From assembly GCA_964007735.1 (NCBI GenBank), contig CAXGAI010000028.1, forward strand, positions 1 to 58,086: 58,086 nt of DNA, given 5' to 3'. Source of the DNA: an uncultured Rhodopirellula sp. (lineage in GTDB: Bacteria > Planctomycetota > Planctomycetia > Pirellulales > Pirellulaceae). The position numbers were made by a program, and so were the translations under genes. The notes under the pieces are model-generated. The model did not search any database, was not told where the DNA came from, and saw only the letters and a program-made list of their open reading frames with translations. Shown here in pieces: positions 18,276-27,355 of this stretch. The number at the start of each line of letters is the position of its first letter. Position 1 is the first letter of the stretch.

Positions 18276-18842
18276 CTATAATTTACAGCGGCCGAGGACT
18301 TCGTAAGTCGGAACTCCGCGGTCTGTAAAGCTGGCGTAGGTGAGAACTTCGGTGACGTGGGTCGTGGTTAACGGTCCTGGACTATATAAATCGAAAAGTT
18401 CCTGCAGTCTTTCAAAGTCGCCCTGGAAATTACGGATGCGAGCTAGTGTCAAGTGAGGGACGAAGAGTCGGTTTTCTCCCGAATAACCAAGTTGTTGCGT
18501 GTGGTGATCGATGGCAGCCTGTAATTCGCGAATTTCGTCAACACCTTGTTCCACTCCCATCCAGAGTGTGCGTGGGCGCTCCTGATTCGGGAAGGCTCCG
18601 AGTCCCCCGTTAACCAAATCAAAATCTTTGAATGATTCACACGCTTTTTCAACCGCAGAGCATATGGCTGGAGTGTCTTCGACGAGCACTTCGCCGAGAA
18701 ACTTTAGCGTAATGTGTAGGTTTTGGTTTTGTATGGTTTTGACACCGTCGTCGATGGCCCCTAATTGCTTAAGCAGGCGACCAGCGACCCGGCAGGTTTC
18801 CTGAGAGACATTTACAGCGATAAACGTACGAAGAGGTTTCAC
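18276..18842 (-). CDS. thpR: RNA 2',3'-cyclic phosphodiesterase (2H family)
   Basis: RTFIAV start and two HxT motifs (HITL, HLTL). Confidence 0.92.
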   Translation of the reverse strand: MKPLRTFIAVNVSQETCRVAGRLLKQLGAIDDGVKTIQNQNLHITLKFLGEVLVEDTPAICSAVEKACESFKDFDLVNGGLGAFPNQERPRTLWMGVEQGVDEIRELQAAIDHHTQQLGYSGENRLFVPHLTLARIRNFQGDFERLQELFDLYSPGPLTTTHVTEVLTYASFTDRGVPTYEVLGRCKL

Positions 18843-18866
18843 GAGATGATGATGGTTGAATTTTTT

Positions 18867-19772
18867 TTAATGAATAGTCAGCATTTGTTGGTATTGTAAA
18901 AAACGTTGCTCTAGTGCTTCGCGTTCAATTTGTTTCATGCGTTCGAGACTGAAGTCTTCGACATTGAAGCTTGCAACAAGCGTGCCATACACCAGAGCTC
19001 GCTTGATACTTGCCGGATCGGTTGCATCCTGACTCGCAAGGTAGCCCATCATTCCGCCGGCGAAACTGTCTCCAGCTCCGGTCGGGTCAAGAACCTGATC
19101 GGTTGGGAAGGCAGGAAGAACGTAGCAATCATCTTCGCCAAAATACATTGCTCCGTGTTCCCCTTTTTTGAGAACACAGAATTTGGCTCCCAATTCGAGT
19201 ACTGCCTTTCCGGCTTTGACAAGATTTTCTTCGCCGGTCAGTAACTTGGCTTCACTGTCATTGAGTACAAGTCCGTCGATTTGTTTGATAAGCTCAAGCA
19301 AATCGTCCTTCTGGATGTTGATCCAAAGGTCCATCGTATCGGCTACAACAAGTTTTGGCTTACGTACCTGCTCGAGGACCTGTCTTTGGACGGTTGGAGC
19401 TCCATTGGCCAGAAATACAAACGGCGTATCTTTATAGCTTTCAGGAAGCACTGGGCTGAAGGTTTCAAATACGTTGAGATTAACTTCCAGCGTTTCACGG
19501 TCGTTCATGTTGGGGAGATATTTTCCCTTCCAGGAAAAGGTTTTTTCACCCGCTTTGATCTCCAGACCCTCTGTGTTGATATTGCGTGATTCGAGAAGGG
19601 CAGTGTGCTCCGCTGGCCAGTCTTCACCAACAACGCCTACGAGATTGACCGGCGTGAAATAGCTGGCTGCATAGGAGAAGTAAGTGGCGGACCCGCCAAT
19701 TACGTTATCACGTCGGTCTGTAGGGGTTTCGACACTGTCAAAAGCGATCGAACCAACAACAAGCAGTGACAT
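18867..19772 (-). CDS. PfkB family carbohydrate kinase
   Basis: GGSA, NDSEA, DPTGAGDSFAGG. Confidence 0.93.
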   Translation of the reverse strand: MSLLVVGSIAFDSVETPTDRRDNVIGGSATYFSYAASYFTPVNLVGVVGEDWPAEHTALLESRNINTEGLEIKAGEKTFSWKGKYLPNMNDRETLEVNLNVFETFSPVLPESYKDTPFVFLANGAPTVQRQVLEQVRKPKLVVADTMDLWINIQKDDLLELIKQIDGLVLNDSEAKLLTGEENLVKAGKAVLELGAKFCVLKKGEHGAMYFGEDDCYVLPAFPTDQVLDPTGAGDSFAGGMMGYLASQDATDPASIKRALVYGTLVASFNVEDFSLERMKQIEREALEQRFLQYQQMLTIH

Positions 19773-19867
19773 AACTGCTCCTTCAATTCATAATGAAATC
19801 AGATTGAACTAATCGTCGCATTATATTCTTAGACTTAGGTTATCACTACTGGGTAGGACTTAACAGA

Positions 19868-21346
19868 ATGGTATCAGCTTCACTTATTCTCAAAACAACG
19901 CGTGTGTTACTCCTGTTTTTGGGTGTTTTCAGTTCCTCCTTTGCGCAAAGTGCGGACTGGAATCAATGGCGAGGTGGGCAGCGTAGCGGCGTCGACCCCG
20001 AAAGTCCTACACTGGTAAATGCTTTGCCAACGAAGGGACTTAAGCCTGTCTGGTATGTGAGTGAGGATGATTTGCCTACAGCTGCAGCGAGTGGATGGTC
20101 GAGTCCTGTGGTAAGTGGTGATTCGGTTTATTTGTATACACACAAAAAGGAAGCCTTAACGAGCGTTAAAAAGTTGCCGCCTCTTAAGTTCCCATATTTG
20201 CCTCCTGAGAAGCGAGTCGGGATGACCGAGGAGGAATACGCTGAATATGAAGTTAATCGACGGAATGAACAGGAAACTCGGGCTAAAGGGTTTAGGTTCG
20301 ACGAGTTTATCTACTGCCTTGATCGAAAAAATGGGAAGTTGAATTGGGCTAATGAGTACTCGAGTGTTTATACGAGATTTGCTCAGTCCGGATCACCAAC
20401 AGTCATGGGCGATAAGTTGTTTGTACTCAGCGCCGGCAGGACAGCCCGTGCCGTGGATGCTCAAACCGGTGAGACTTTATGGACAACAAAGATCCCGGGG
20501 GATTTTCGGGATCAATATCTGCAGTCTTCTTTTGCTGTCGAACAGGAATTGGCGATTGTATTGTGTGGTGGGCTTTATGCTTTGGATGTGAATTCAGGGG
20601 AGGTTGTTTGGGAATACGAAGTAGAAACGAAGAAGAATATTCATTGCAGTCCGGTTATCTGGCATGCAGATGCTGGAGCTCGTGTTATTTGCAATGTCGC
20701 CGGTGGTATGACGGTGTGTCTGGACTTGAAGTCAGGGACATTAGTTTGGGAACTGGAGTCCGGAGCCGGAAATGCGACTCCTATCCTCGTCGGTGACAAG
20801 CTACTTGTTTACGGGCAGAGTCGAAAGTCAGGTTTGGCTTGTTATGTTTTAAGTGAGACGACACCGGATGAATTATGGCGATTTAACGGAGCGGCTGATT
20901 CGGGATCGAGCCCTGTTGCGGTGAACGATTTGGTTTTTGTTCAGGGTGACCGTCGTTTGGCCTGTGTTGATTTGGAAACTGGAAAACCGAAGTGGCAAAC
21001 CATGCTCGATTTGAATCGGCCACGATATACCTCATTGATCTCGGCCGATGAGAAAGTGTTCTATGCTTTTGATGGTCTCCTGGCCTTTGAGGCGGGACCG
21101 AAGTACAAGCCCTTCATGCAGGCCAAGATCAACCGAGAGGGGCTACTCGCCGATGAAAAAGCATTTAGAAGATTATTGGGAATCGATGAACTTGAAAAGA
21201 CAGCTGAGGGTCAGATCGAAGCGGAGGTGGTCCTTCGCCGGGAGTTTAGTAATGGCCCATTGGTTTGTACGACGCCGGCGATTGCCGATGGATTTATGTT
21301 TGTCCGTCTGAAAAAAGGGATTGCCTGCTACGATTTGCGTGAATGA
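19868..21346 (+). CDS. Secreted PQQ-like beta-propeller protein (BamB-like)
   Basis: Signal peptide, DWNQWRG, repeated A/CLD..TG...W units, TPAIADG. Confidence 0.88.
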   Translation: MVSASLILKTTRVLLLFLGVFSSSFAQSADWNQWRGGQRSGVDPESPTLVNALPTKGLKPVWYVSEDDLPTAAASGWSSPVVSGDSVYLYTHKKEALTSVKKLPPLKFPYLPPEKRVGMTEEEYAEYEVNRRNEQETRAKGFRFDEFIYCLDRKNGKLNWANEYSSVYTRFAQSGSPTVMGDKLFVLSAGRTARAVDAQTGETLWTTKIPGDFRDQYLQSSFAVEQELAIVLCGGLYALDVNSGEVVWEYEVETKKNIHCSPVIWHADAGARVICNVAGGMTVCLDLKSGTLVWELESGAGNATPILVGDKLLVYGQSRKSGLACYVLSETTPDELWRFNGAADSGSSPVAVNDLVFVQGDRRLACVDLETGKPKWQTMLDLNRPRYTSLISADEKVFYAFDGLLAFEAGPKYKPFMQAKINREGLLADEKAFRRLLGIDELEKTAEGQIEAEVVLRREFSNGPLVCTTPAIADGFMFVRLKKGIACYDLRE

Positions 21347-21415
21347 TCCTGATACGCAACACTAGAGAACGCCAGGAAGCGACTCGACAAGCTTCATGCA
21401 ACCCAAGGCAGTATT

Positions 21416-21458
21416 AAAAATCTGGAAAGAGCATTTCCAGATTTTTCTTATTTTTTTT
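21416..21458. terminator. Bidirectional intrinsic terminator
   Basis: 13-bp perfect stem AAAAATCTGGAAA-gagca-TTTCCAGATTTTT with further T-run. Confidence 0.75.
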
Positions 21459-21709
21459 GTCAGTGTGACCAGATGTGTCACAACCGCTTGCGATAGTTAT
21501 TGTGTCGCCGAAAGAGACGCTTCAAAGCTCCCCCAGTTAAAGCTTTGAGTTGTTGACTCTCACGGTAACACGACAGTCGTCGGGCAAATGTATTAGCTCG
21601 GCGGGATTACTATTCTTACAGGGGGGCAATCAAATGTTGCTTTTATTAAGCGTCATGTTCATTTGGAAGCGAGTAGGAAAAAAGGCAACTACAGAGTGGT
21701 AAAAGACTC

Positions 21710-21778
21710 TTGTTGTTGCAAGCCAATGTCGATATAGTGTATAAGTGTTCACCATGTGGCTGTTTGTACACTATCTCG
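21710..21778 (+). promoter_or_regulatory. Putative recA promoter with overlapping inverted repeat
   Basis: TTGTTG-N17-TATAGT (21710-21738); ATAGTGTAtAA ... TTgTACACTAT dyad overlapping the -10. Confidence 0.5.
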
Positions 21779-21879
21779 GCGTGGAAGATCTTTTTAGGGT
21801 GATTTGACATTACACTGTCGGAAAAATATGTGATTGCAGTTGAAACACAATAGCTAGTTATCGATAAAGGAGTGCAGTA

Positions 21880-23040
21880 ATGGTTGCTGTAAAGAAGGAA
21901 TCGACAAAAAGTATGGCAAAGAAGAAAGCAACGACAGCAAAGTCGAAGAGTGCTAAAGGTAGGAAATCAGGTGCGTCAGCTAAGGCTGATACTTTGATGG
22001 CTGGTAATGCTCATTTGAAAACAACCCTTCAACAGATTGAAAAACAGTTTGGTGAAGGAGCAATTATGCCCCTGGGTACTGAACAGCGGCATAAAATAGA
22101 GGGGATTAATACCGGCAGTTTGTCCTTAGATATGGCTCTTGGAGGACAGGGTGTACCTCGTGGTCGGATCATCGAAATTTACGGTCCGGAATCCAGTGGT
22201 AAAACAACATTGGCATTACACATTGCAGCTCAGGCTCAAAAAGGTGATGGGATCGCGGCGATTATTGATGCTGAACATGCTTTTGATCCGAGTTGGGGCA
22301 AAAAGCTGGGAGTGGAGTTAGATACATTGCTGGTCAGTCAGCCAAATAATGGTGAAGAGGCCATGCAAATTACCGAGATGTTGGTGAAATCCAATGCGGT
22401 CGACGTCATCATTATTGACTCGGTCGCTGCTTTAGTCCCTCGCAAAGAGCTTGAAGGCGAAATTGGTGATAGTCATGTTGGTCTTCAGGCTCGCCTGATG
22501 AGTCAGGCTATGCGAAAACTTACCGGTGCGATTGCAAAAAGTAAGACCGTCGTGATCTTCATTAACCAGATTCGAGAGAAAATTGGTGTCATGTTTGGAA
22601 GTCCGGAGACAACTCCCGGTGGTCGTGCTCTGAAATTTTATAGTTCCTGCCGGATTGATGTTCGCAGAATCGCTCAGCTCAAAGATGGTGATCAGGTGGT
22701 TGGTCAGCGAGTTAGGGCGAAGGTTGTAAAAAACAAAGTTGCACCTCCTTTCCGTATCGCCGAGTTCGATATGATGCATACGCATGGCATCAGCTATGAA
22801 GGTGACTTACTTGACTTGGGAGTGAAGCACGGAGTACTGACACGTAGTGGCTCTTGGTTCAAATACGGAGATGTATACCTGGGACAGGGTAAAGAAAAGG
22901 CTCGAGCTTTCCTCACGGAGAATAAAGACGTCGCTACAGAGCTCCGTCCCTTGATCCTTTCCGCCGGAGGAATGGGACTGGATGACGATGTCGCGAAACC
23001 AGCAGAGCCGTCAGAAGAGGAGAAGCAGGAGAATAGCTAG
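21880..23040 (+). CDS. recA: Recombinase RecA
   Basis: [42 protein letters not shown]. Confidence 0.98.
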   Translation: MVAVKKESTKSMAKKKATTAKSKSAKGRKSGASAKADTLMAGNAHLKTTLQQIEKQFGEGAIMPLGTEQRHKIEGINTGSLSLDMALGGQGVPRGRIIEIYGPESSGKTTLALHIAAQAQKGDGIAAIIDAEHAFDPSWGKKLGVELDTLLVSQPNNGEEAMQITEMLVKSNAVDVIIIDSVAALVPRKELEGEIGDSHVGLQARLMSQAMRKLTGAIAKSKTVVIFINQIREKIGVMFGSPETTPGGRALKFYSSCRIDVRRIAQLKDGDQVVGQRVRAKVVKNKVAPPFRIAEFDMMHTHGISYEGDLLDLGVKHGVLTRSGSWFKYGDVYLGQGKEKARAFLTENKDVATELRPLILSAGGMGLDDDVAKPAEPSEEEKQENS

Positions 23041-23296
23041 TTCTCCGATTTCGTCGCGTTAATGACAGGCCTTGGCAGTAATTTGATTGCTAGTGATGTT
23101 TCTAAACGAGAGCGTCTATACCTTAAATCGAATTGAGGTGTAGACGCATTACTTGTCAATATTGGCGTAAGCGTTGTGATCGCTTTCTTGTCCAATCTTT
23201 ACCCACTACTACTGCTTGCCTCGGAACAAGCGTATACTACCAGACAGTAAACAATCTTTTAATTCATCAGTATTCTAAGTACGAGGACTTATTATC

Positions 23297-23815
23297 ATGT
23301 CACGAAGCGGTGCCATTACTTTCAAGGGTAACCCCATGACACTGGCTGGCGAAGCTGTTGCTGTTGGACAGCCCGCACCTGCCTTTACAGCACATTACTT
23401 CAAAGATGGTTTCCAGACTTTGAGCAACGAATGCCTCCAGGGGAAGCCCAGTCTGATCAGTGTGATTCCATCGATTGATACAGGCGTTTGCCAAACTCAA
23501 ACGAAGAAGTTCAATGAAGAAGTAGCCGCACTTGGTGATGCTGTGAACGCAGTGACCATTTCTCTTGACTTACCCTTCGCCCAAAATCGTTGGTGTGGAG
23601 CTGAAGGTGTTGAGAACTTGCACGTAGTTAGTGATTACCAGGATCGTTCTTTCGGAAACAATTGGGGAATGCTGATTGAAGAGCTCAAACTGTTGGCACG
23701 AGGAGCGTTCGTCGTCGATGCGGTAGGCACAGTTCAATATGCTGAAGTCGTAGGAGAAGCGACGGAAGAACCTAATTACGATGCAGCACTGGAAGCACTT
23801 AAAGGGCTGCTGTAA
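23297..23815 (+). CDS. tpx: Thiol peroxidase (atypical 2-Cys peroxiredoxin)
   Basis: PSIDTGVC and DLPFAQNRWC. Confidence 0.95.
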   Translation: MSRSGAITFKGNPMTLAGEAVAVGQPAPAFTAHYFKDGFQTLSNECLQGKPSLISVIPSIDTGVCQTQTKKFNEEVAALGDAVNAVTISLDLPFAQNRWCGAEGVENLHVVSDYQDRSFGNNWGMLIEELKLLARGAFVVDAVGTVQYAEVVGEATEEPNYDAALEALKGLL

Positions 23816-23850
23816 GGGATGAATTGCGAAGTCAATCGCGCAGATTTGAT

Positions 23851-23893
23851 AGCAACGCCCGCCTGGAATTGATTCCGGGCGGGCGTTGCTTTT
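23851..23893. terminator. Terminator between convergent tpx and alaS
   Basis: About 19-bp GC-rich stem AGCAACGCCCGCCTGGAAT/ATTCCGGGCGGGCGTTGCT followed by TTT. Confidence 0.85.
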
Positions 23894-23914
23894 GTTGAGT
23901 TATATTACCGTCAA

Positions 23915-26722
23915 TTAGGAAAGCATTTCGGTGATTACCATTGTAGCCTTTTCGATAGCTGCTGGGATTTGGCTGGCATCTTTACCACCAGCTTGAGCCA
24001 TATCCGGTTTACCACCACCACCGCCCCCAACGACAGGTGCTACTTCTCGGACCCAGTTACCGGCATTGGCTCCTTGGCCCACTAGGGCATGGCTGATTCC
24101 GGCGACGAGGACAACCTTGTCCTCACTCTGGGCGGCTAATAGTAGTATTGCAGATGGCTCAACCTTCTTGCGAATCTGGTCAATGAGTTGCCGCATCAGA
24201 CCTGGATTGGCACCTTTGGCTTCAGCGATGACAACCTTTGCATTCTTGATTTCTATAGCACTTTCCAACAAGGCATCGGCGGAAACATCTCCCGCAGACT
24301 TCAATTGTTTGAGCTGTTCGGTAAGTTTGTCTTGTTCGGCTAAGAGTGCATCGATTCGTTCTAACAAATCGCTGCTGGCAACATTGAGTTGCCGTGCCGC
24401 CTTTCGTATCTGAGTTCGCTGTTTAACGTATGTTAGTGTTGCCGGCTCACCTTGCGTTGGCTCTGCAGACACATCGGCATTTGTATTCCCACTGGACAGA
24501 TGTTTCTTCAGTTCACGGATGCGTCCGGTCAATAGTTCAACAGAGTCGGTAAGTAGCCCCTGGGATGCTGAAAGTTTGTTGGCAGCCTCCTTGTAGAGTA
24601 TTTCCATGTGCGCCATATATTCGGCAGCTTTAGCTCCAGTGAGAGCAATGATTCGTCTAGTTCCGGCAGCAACCCCTTCTTCGGATATGATTTGGAAACT
24701 ACCCACATGATCTGTAGCCGTTAAGTGCGTACCACCACATAGTTCTTTTGAGAAGTCACCGATGGAGACCATACGCACGGGGTCTGGGTACTTCTCACCG
24801 AATAGCATCATGGCTCCCTGAGCGCGAGCCTCAGCTAGCGGAAGTGTTTCCCATTTAATGGGCTGTTGGGAACTTACCAACTGCTGTACCTGAGATTCGA
24901 TACTGAGGAGTTGTTCGTCAGATACAGGCTCCATATTGGTAAAGTCGAACCGCAACCAATCCTCGTCCACTTTAGATCCCTGTTGCTGCGCATGTGAGCC
25001 GAGGGTATTTTGCAACGCATGATGTAGTATGTGAGTTGCAGAATGAGCACGACGTATGCCATCGCGGCGTTCGGTGTCAATTTTGGTTTGAGCCATTTCT
25101 CCCTGAGAAAGTGTACCAGCAGCCAGGTAACCGTAATGAAGAAACAGGTCCCCGTCCTTTTGAGTATCTTCAACAATGAAAGACGCGTTGTCGGTTTCAA
25201 TTTCCCCTGAGTCTCCAACCTGGCCACCGGATTCGCCATAAAATGCGGTTACATCGGTTACTACAATCAACTTACTGTTACTAACATCGTGAGATTCGGT
25301 TTGGAGATCGTCTCCGTCGTCGCCTCGGATGATGATCCCTTTGATTTCAGCCGCAGTCTGGGTTTGATCATAACCAAGGAATTTGGTTTCTTTGAGAGTC
25401 TCTTTGAGCCCTTCGACAGGACCGGTTTTAAAAAGCTCAAACTGGTTCTTACCGGACTCGAGGCCGTGTTGTTCCATCGCCTGCTTAAATCCATCCCAAT
25501 CAAAACCTAGTTCCAGATCGGTTGCCATTGATTCGACAAGTTCGGGAGGAACGCCGTATGTTTGATAGAGATCTGCGGCGGTGGCACCGGGGATCTGAAG
25601 TTGTCCGGATGATTTCAGTTCGCTAAAAGCGGCGTCAATACGAGCCAGGCCATCGTCGAGGGTTGCTAGAAAGGCATTTTCTTCCTGCTTGATGACACTT
25701 TCCACGCGATCAGACGTTTCACAGATGTCTGGGTATCCAGCCTTCATTTGCTCAGTCACGGCTGAGACGAGTTGATATAGAAATGGCTCCCGCATTCCCA
25801 TTTGATGTCCGTCTAATACCGCTCGGCGTAGCAAACGCCGAATTACATATTTTTCTTTGTTTGGTCCCGGATAAACGTTTTCATGTACGGCAAAGGTACA
25901 AGCGCGTATATGATCACAAATACGACGGAGGCGACGTCCACTATTATCATCAGGGATATACTTGACGCCGACGATTTCCCCGACGGCTTCCACGATGGGG
26001 CGGAGAATATCAATGTGATAATTAGTATCCTGTCCCTGTATGACGGAAGCGATTCGCTCTAGCCCCATACCCGTATCAATGTTTCTGCTTGGTAACGGGT
26101 GAAGGTTGTCAGGAGGATTTCCAATTCGATTGAATTGAGTGAATACGAGATTCCAGATTTCAACTTCTTCCCCTTTGGGATCCAGATAAAAGATTTCAGA
26201 ACAGGGACCACAGACGCCATCTGGTCCACCGGAAGGGGCGCCGGCCGGCCAGAAGTTATCGTCTTCGCCAAGGCGTGTAATTCGACCGGTTGGGAGGCCG
26301 ATTTCATCATGCCATATGTTGGCTGCTTCATCATCATCGAGATAAACTGTTACATTTAAGCGATCGGCATCTAAGCCCAGCCATTTGGAATCCGTAAGAA
26401 ATTCCCAGGCCCAGCTGATTGCTTCTCTTTTGAAGTAGTCGCCGAAACTGAAATTCCCCAGCATTTCGAAGAAGGTATGGTGATATGAAGTGCGACCTAC
26501 ATTATCGATATCACCTGTTCGTAGGCATTTCTGACTACTTGTCGCTCGTGTGAAATCGAGTTTCACTTTGCCTAAAAAGTGATCTTTGAACGGATTCATT
26601 CCAGCAGGAGTGAAGAGTACGGAGGGGTCCCAGGTGGGAACCAAGACGTCACTTTCACAGCGGGTATGCCCTTTGGTTTCATAGAAACTAAGATACTTTT
26701 CGCGTATTTCGTCGGTCTTCAT
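23915..26722 (-). CDS. alaS: Alanine--tRNA ligase
   Basis: HHTFFEMLGNFSFGDYFK, DTGMGLER, HSATH, ELCGGTH, GGGGGKPDMAQAGG. Confidence 0.98.
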   Translation of the reverse strand: MKTDEIREKYLSFYETKGHTRCESDVLVPTWDPSVLFTPAGMNPFKDHFLGKVKLDFTRATSSQKCLRTGDIDNVGRTSYHHTFFEMLGNFSFGDYFKREAISWAWEFLTDSKWLGLDADRLNVTVYLDDDEAANIWHDEIGLPTGRITRLGEDDNFWPAGAPSGGPDGVCGPCSEIFYLDPKGEEVEIWNLVFTQFNRIGNPPDNLHPLPSRNIDTGMGLERIASVIQGQDTNYHIDILRPIVEAVGEIVGVKYIPDDNSGRRLRRICDHIRACTFAVHENVYPGPNKEKYVIRRLLRRAVLDGHQMGMREPFLYQLVSAVTEQMKAGYPDICETSDRVESVIKQEENAFLATLDDGLARIDAAFSELKSSGQLQIPGATAADLYQTYGVPPELVESMATDLELGFDWDGFKQAMEQHGLESGKNQFELFKTGPVEGLKETLKETKFLGYDQTQTAAEIKGIIIRGDDGDDLQTESHDVSNSKLIVVTDVTAFYGESGGQVGDSGEIETDNASFIVEDTQKDGDLFLHYGYLAAGTLSQGEMAQTKIDTERRDGIRRAHSATHILHHALQNTLGSHAQQQGSKVDEDWLRFDFTNMEPVSDEQLLSIESQVQQLVSSQQPIKWETLPLAEARAQGAMMLFGEKYPDPVRMVSIGDFSKELCGGTHLTATDHVGSFQIISEEGVAAGTRRIIALTGAKAAEYMAHMEILYKEAANKLSASQGLLTDSVELLTGRIRELKKHLSSGNTNADVSAEPTQGEPATLTYVKQRTQIRKAARQLNVASSDLLERIDALLAEQDKLTEQLKQLKSAGDVSADALLESAIEIKNAKVVIAEAKGANPGLMRQLIDQIRKKVEPSAILLLAAQSEDKVVLVAGISHALVGQGANAGNWVREVAPVVGGGGGGKPDMAQAGGKDASQIPAAIEKATMVITEMLS

Positions 26723-26951
26723 AGGTATTTCGTCGAAGGCGGTTCATTTGAAACGTTGAGTTGGCTCCCTGCTGCAGAATGCAAACAAAGAGGCTTAACC
26801 CGTTATCATATCCGCGACTCTCGCGACTTGGAACCACCGATTCGCGTTCGTCGTGGACACAGAAAACTCTGCATTGACGGCATGTGATAGTTTTTAATAG
26901 TATTTCGGTAAGTTTTCTTGAATACCGTATTAGACACCAGACTCAGAGAAT

Positions 26952-27335
26952 GTGATGCAGGAAATTTCACCAGGCTGGACAGTGCATTCTTATCATGAAG
27001 GTGACTGGCTGTGTTTGACTTTGAGCACGCCTGTTACGAACATTGCCCAAACTCCGGTTAACTTAGCTGAGTTGATTGATTCTCTCATTCGGCGTTCGTT
27101 TTTCAATCGTGTTATTGTGAACCTCGAGTCAATGCTTTATCTTCCGGCCAAATTGATGCGTCAACTTATCCTGTTGAAAGACAAGCTGGAACAACGCGCT
27201 GGTCAATTGGCTTTGTGTGCTATGAACGACAAAGCTTATCAAAGCGTCACTGCACTGGGTTTGGAAAGAGCCTTTCCAAACTACGAGGGGTTTCGGGCTG
27301 TGACAGCCGGGTTTCGCCCAGTTCAGCCGAGGTAA
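26952..27335 (+). CDS. STAS-domain (anti-sigma-factor antagonist-like) protein
   Basis: VIVNLESMLYL...L..L...L...AGQLALC pattern. Confidence 0.65.
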   Translation: MMQEISPGWTVHSYHEGDWLCLTLSTPVTNIAQTPVNLAELIDSLIRRSFFNRVIVNLESMLYLPAKLMRQLILLKDKLEQRAGQLALCAMNDKAYQSVTALGLERAFPNYEGFRAVTAGFRPVQPR

Positions 27336-27355
27336 CGCGACAGATATGACGAGGT

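Noticed and set aside
21464..21482. CRP/FNR-like TGTGA..TCACA site
   Set aside because: Spacer is 9 nt, not 6
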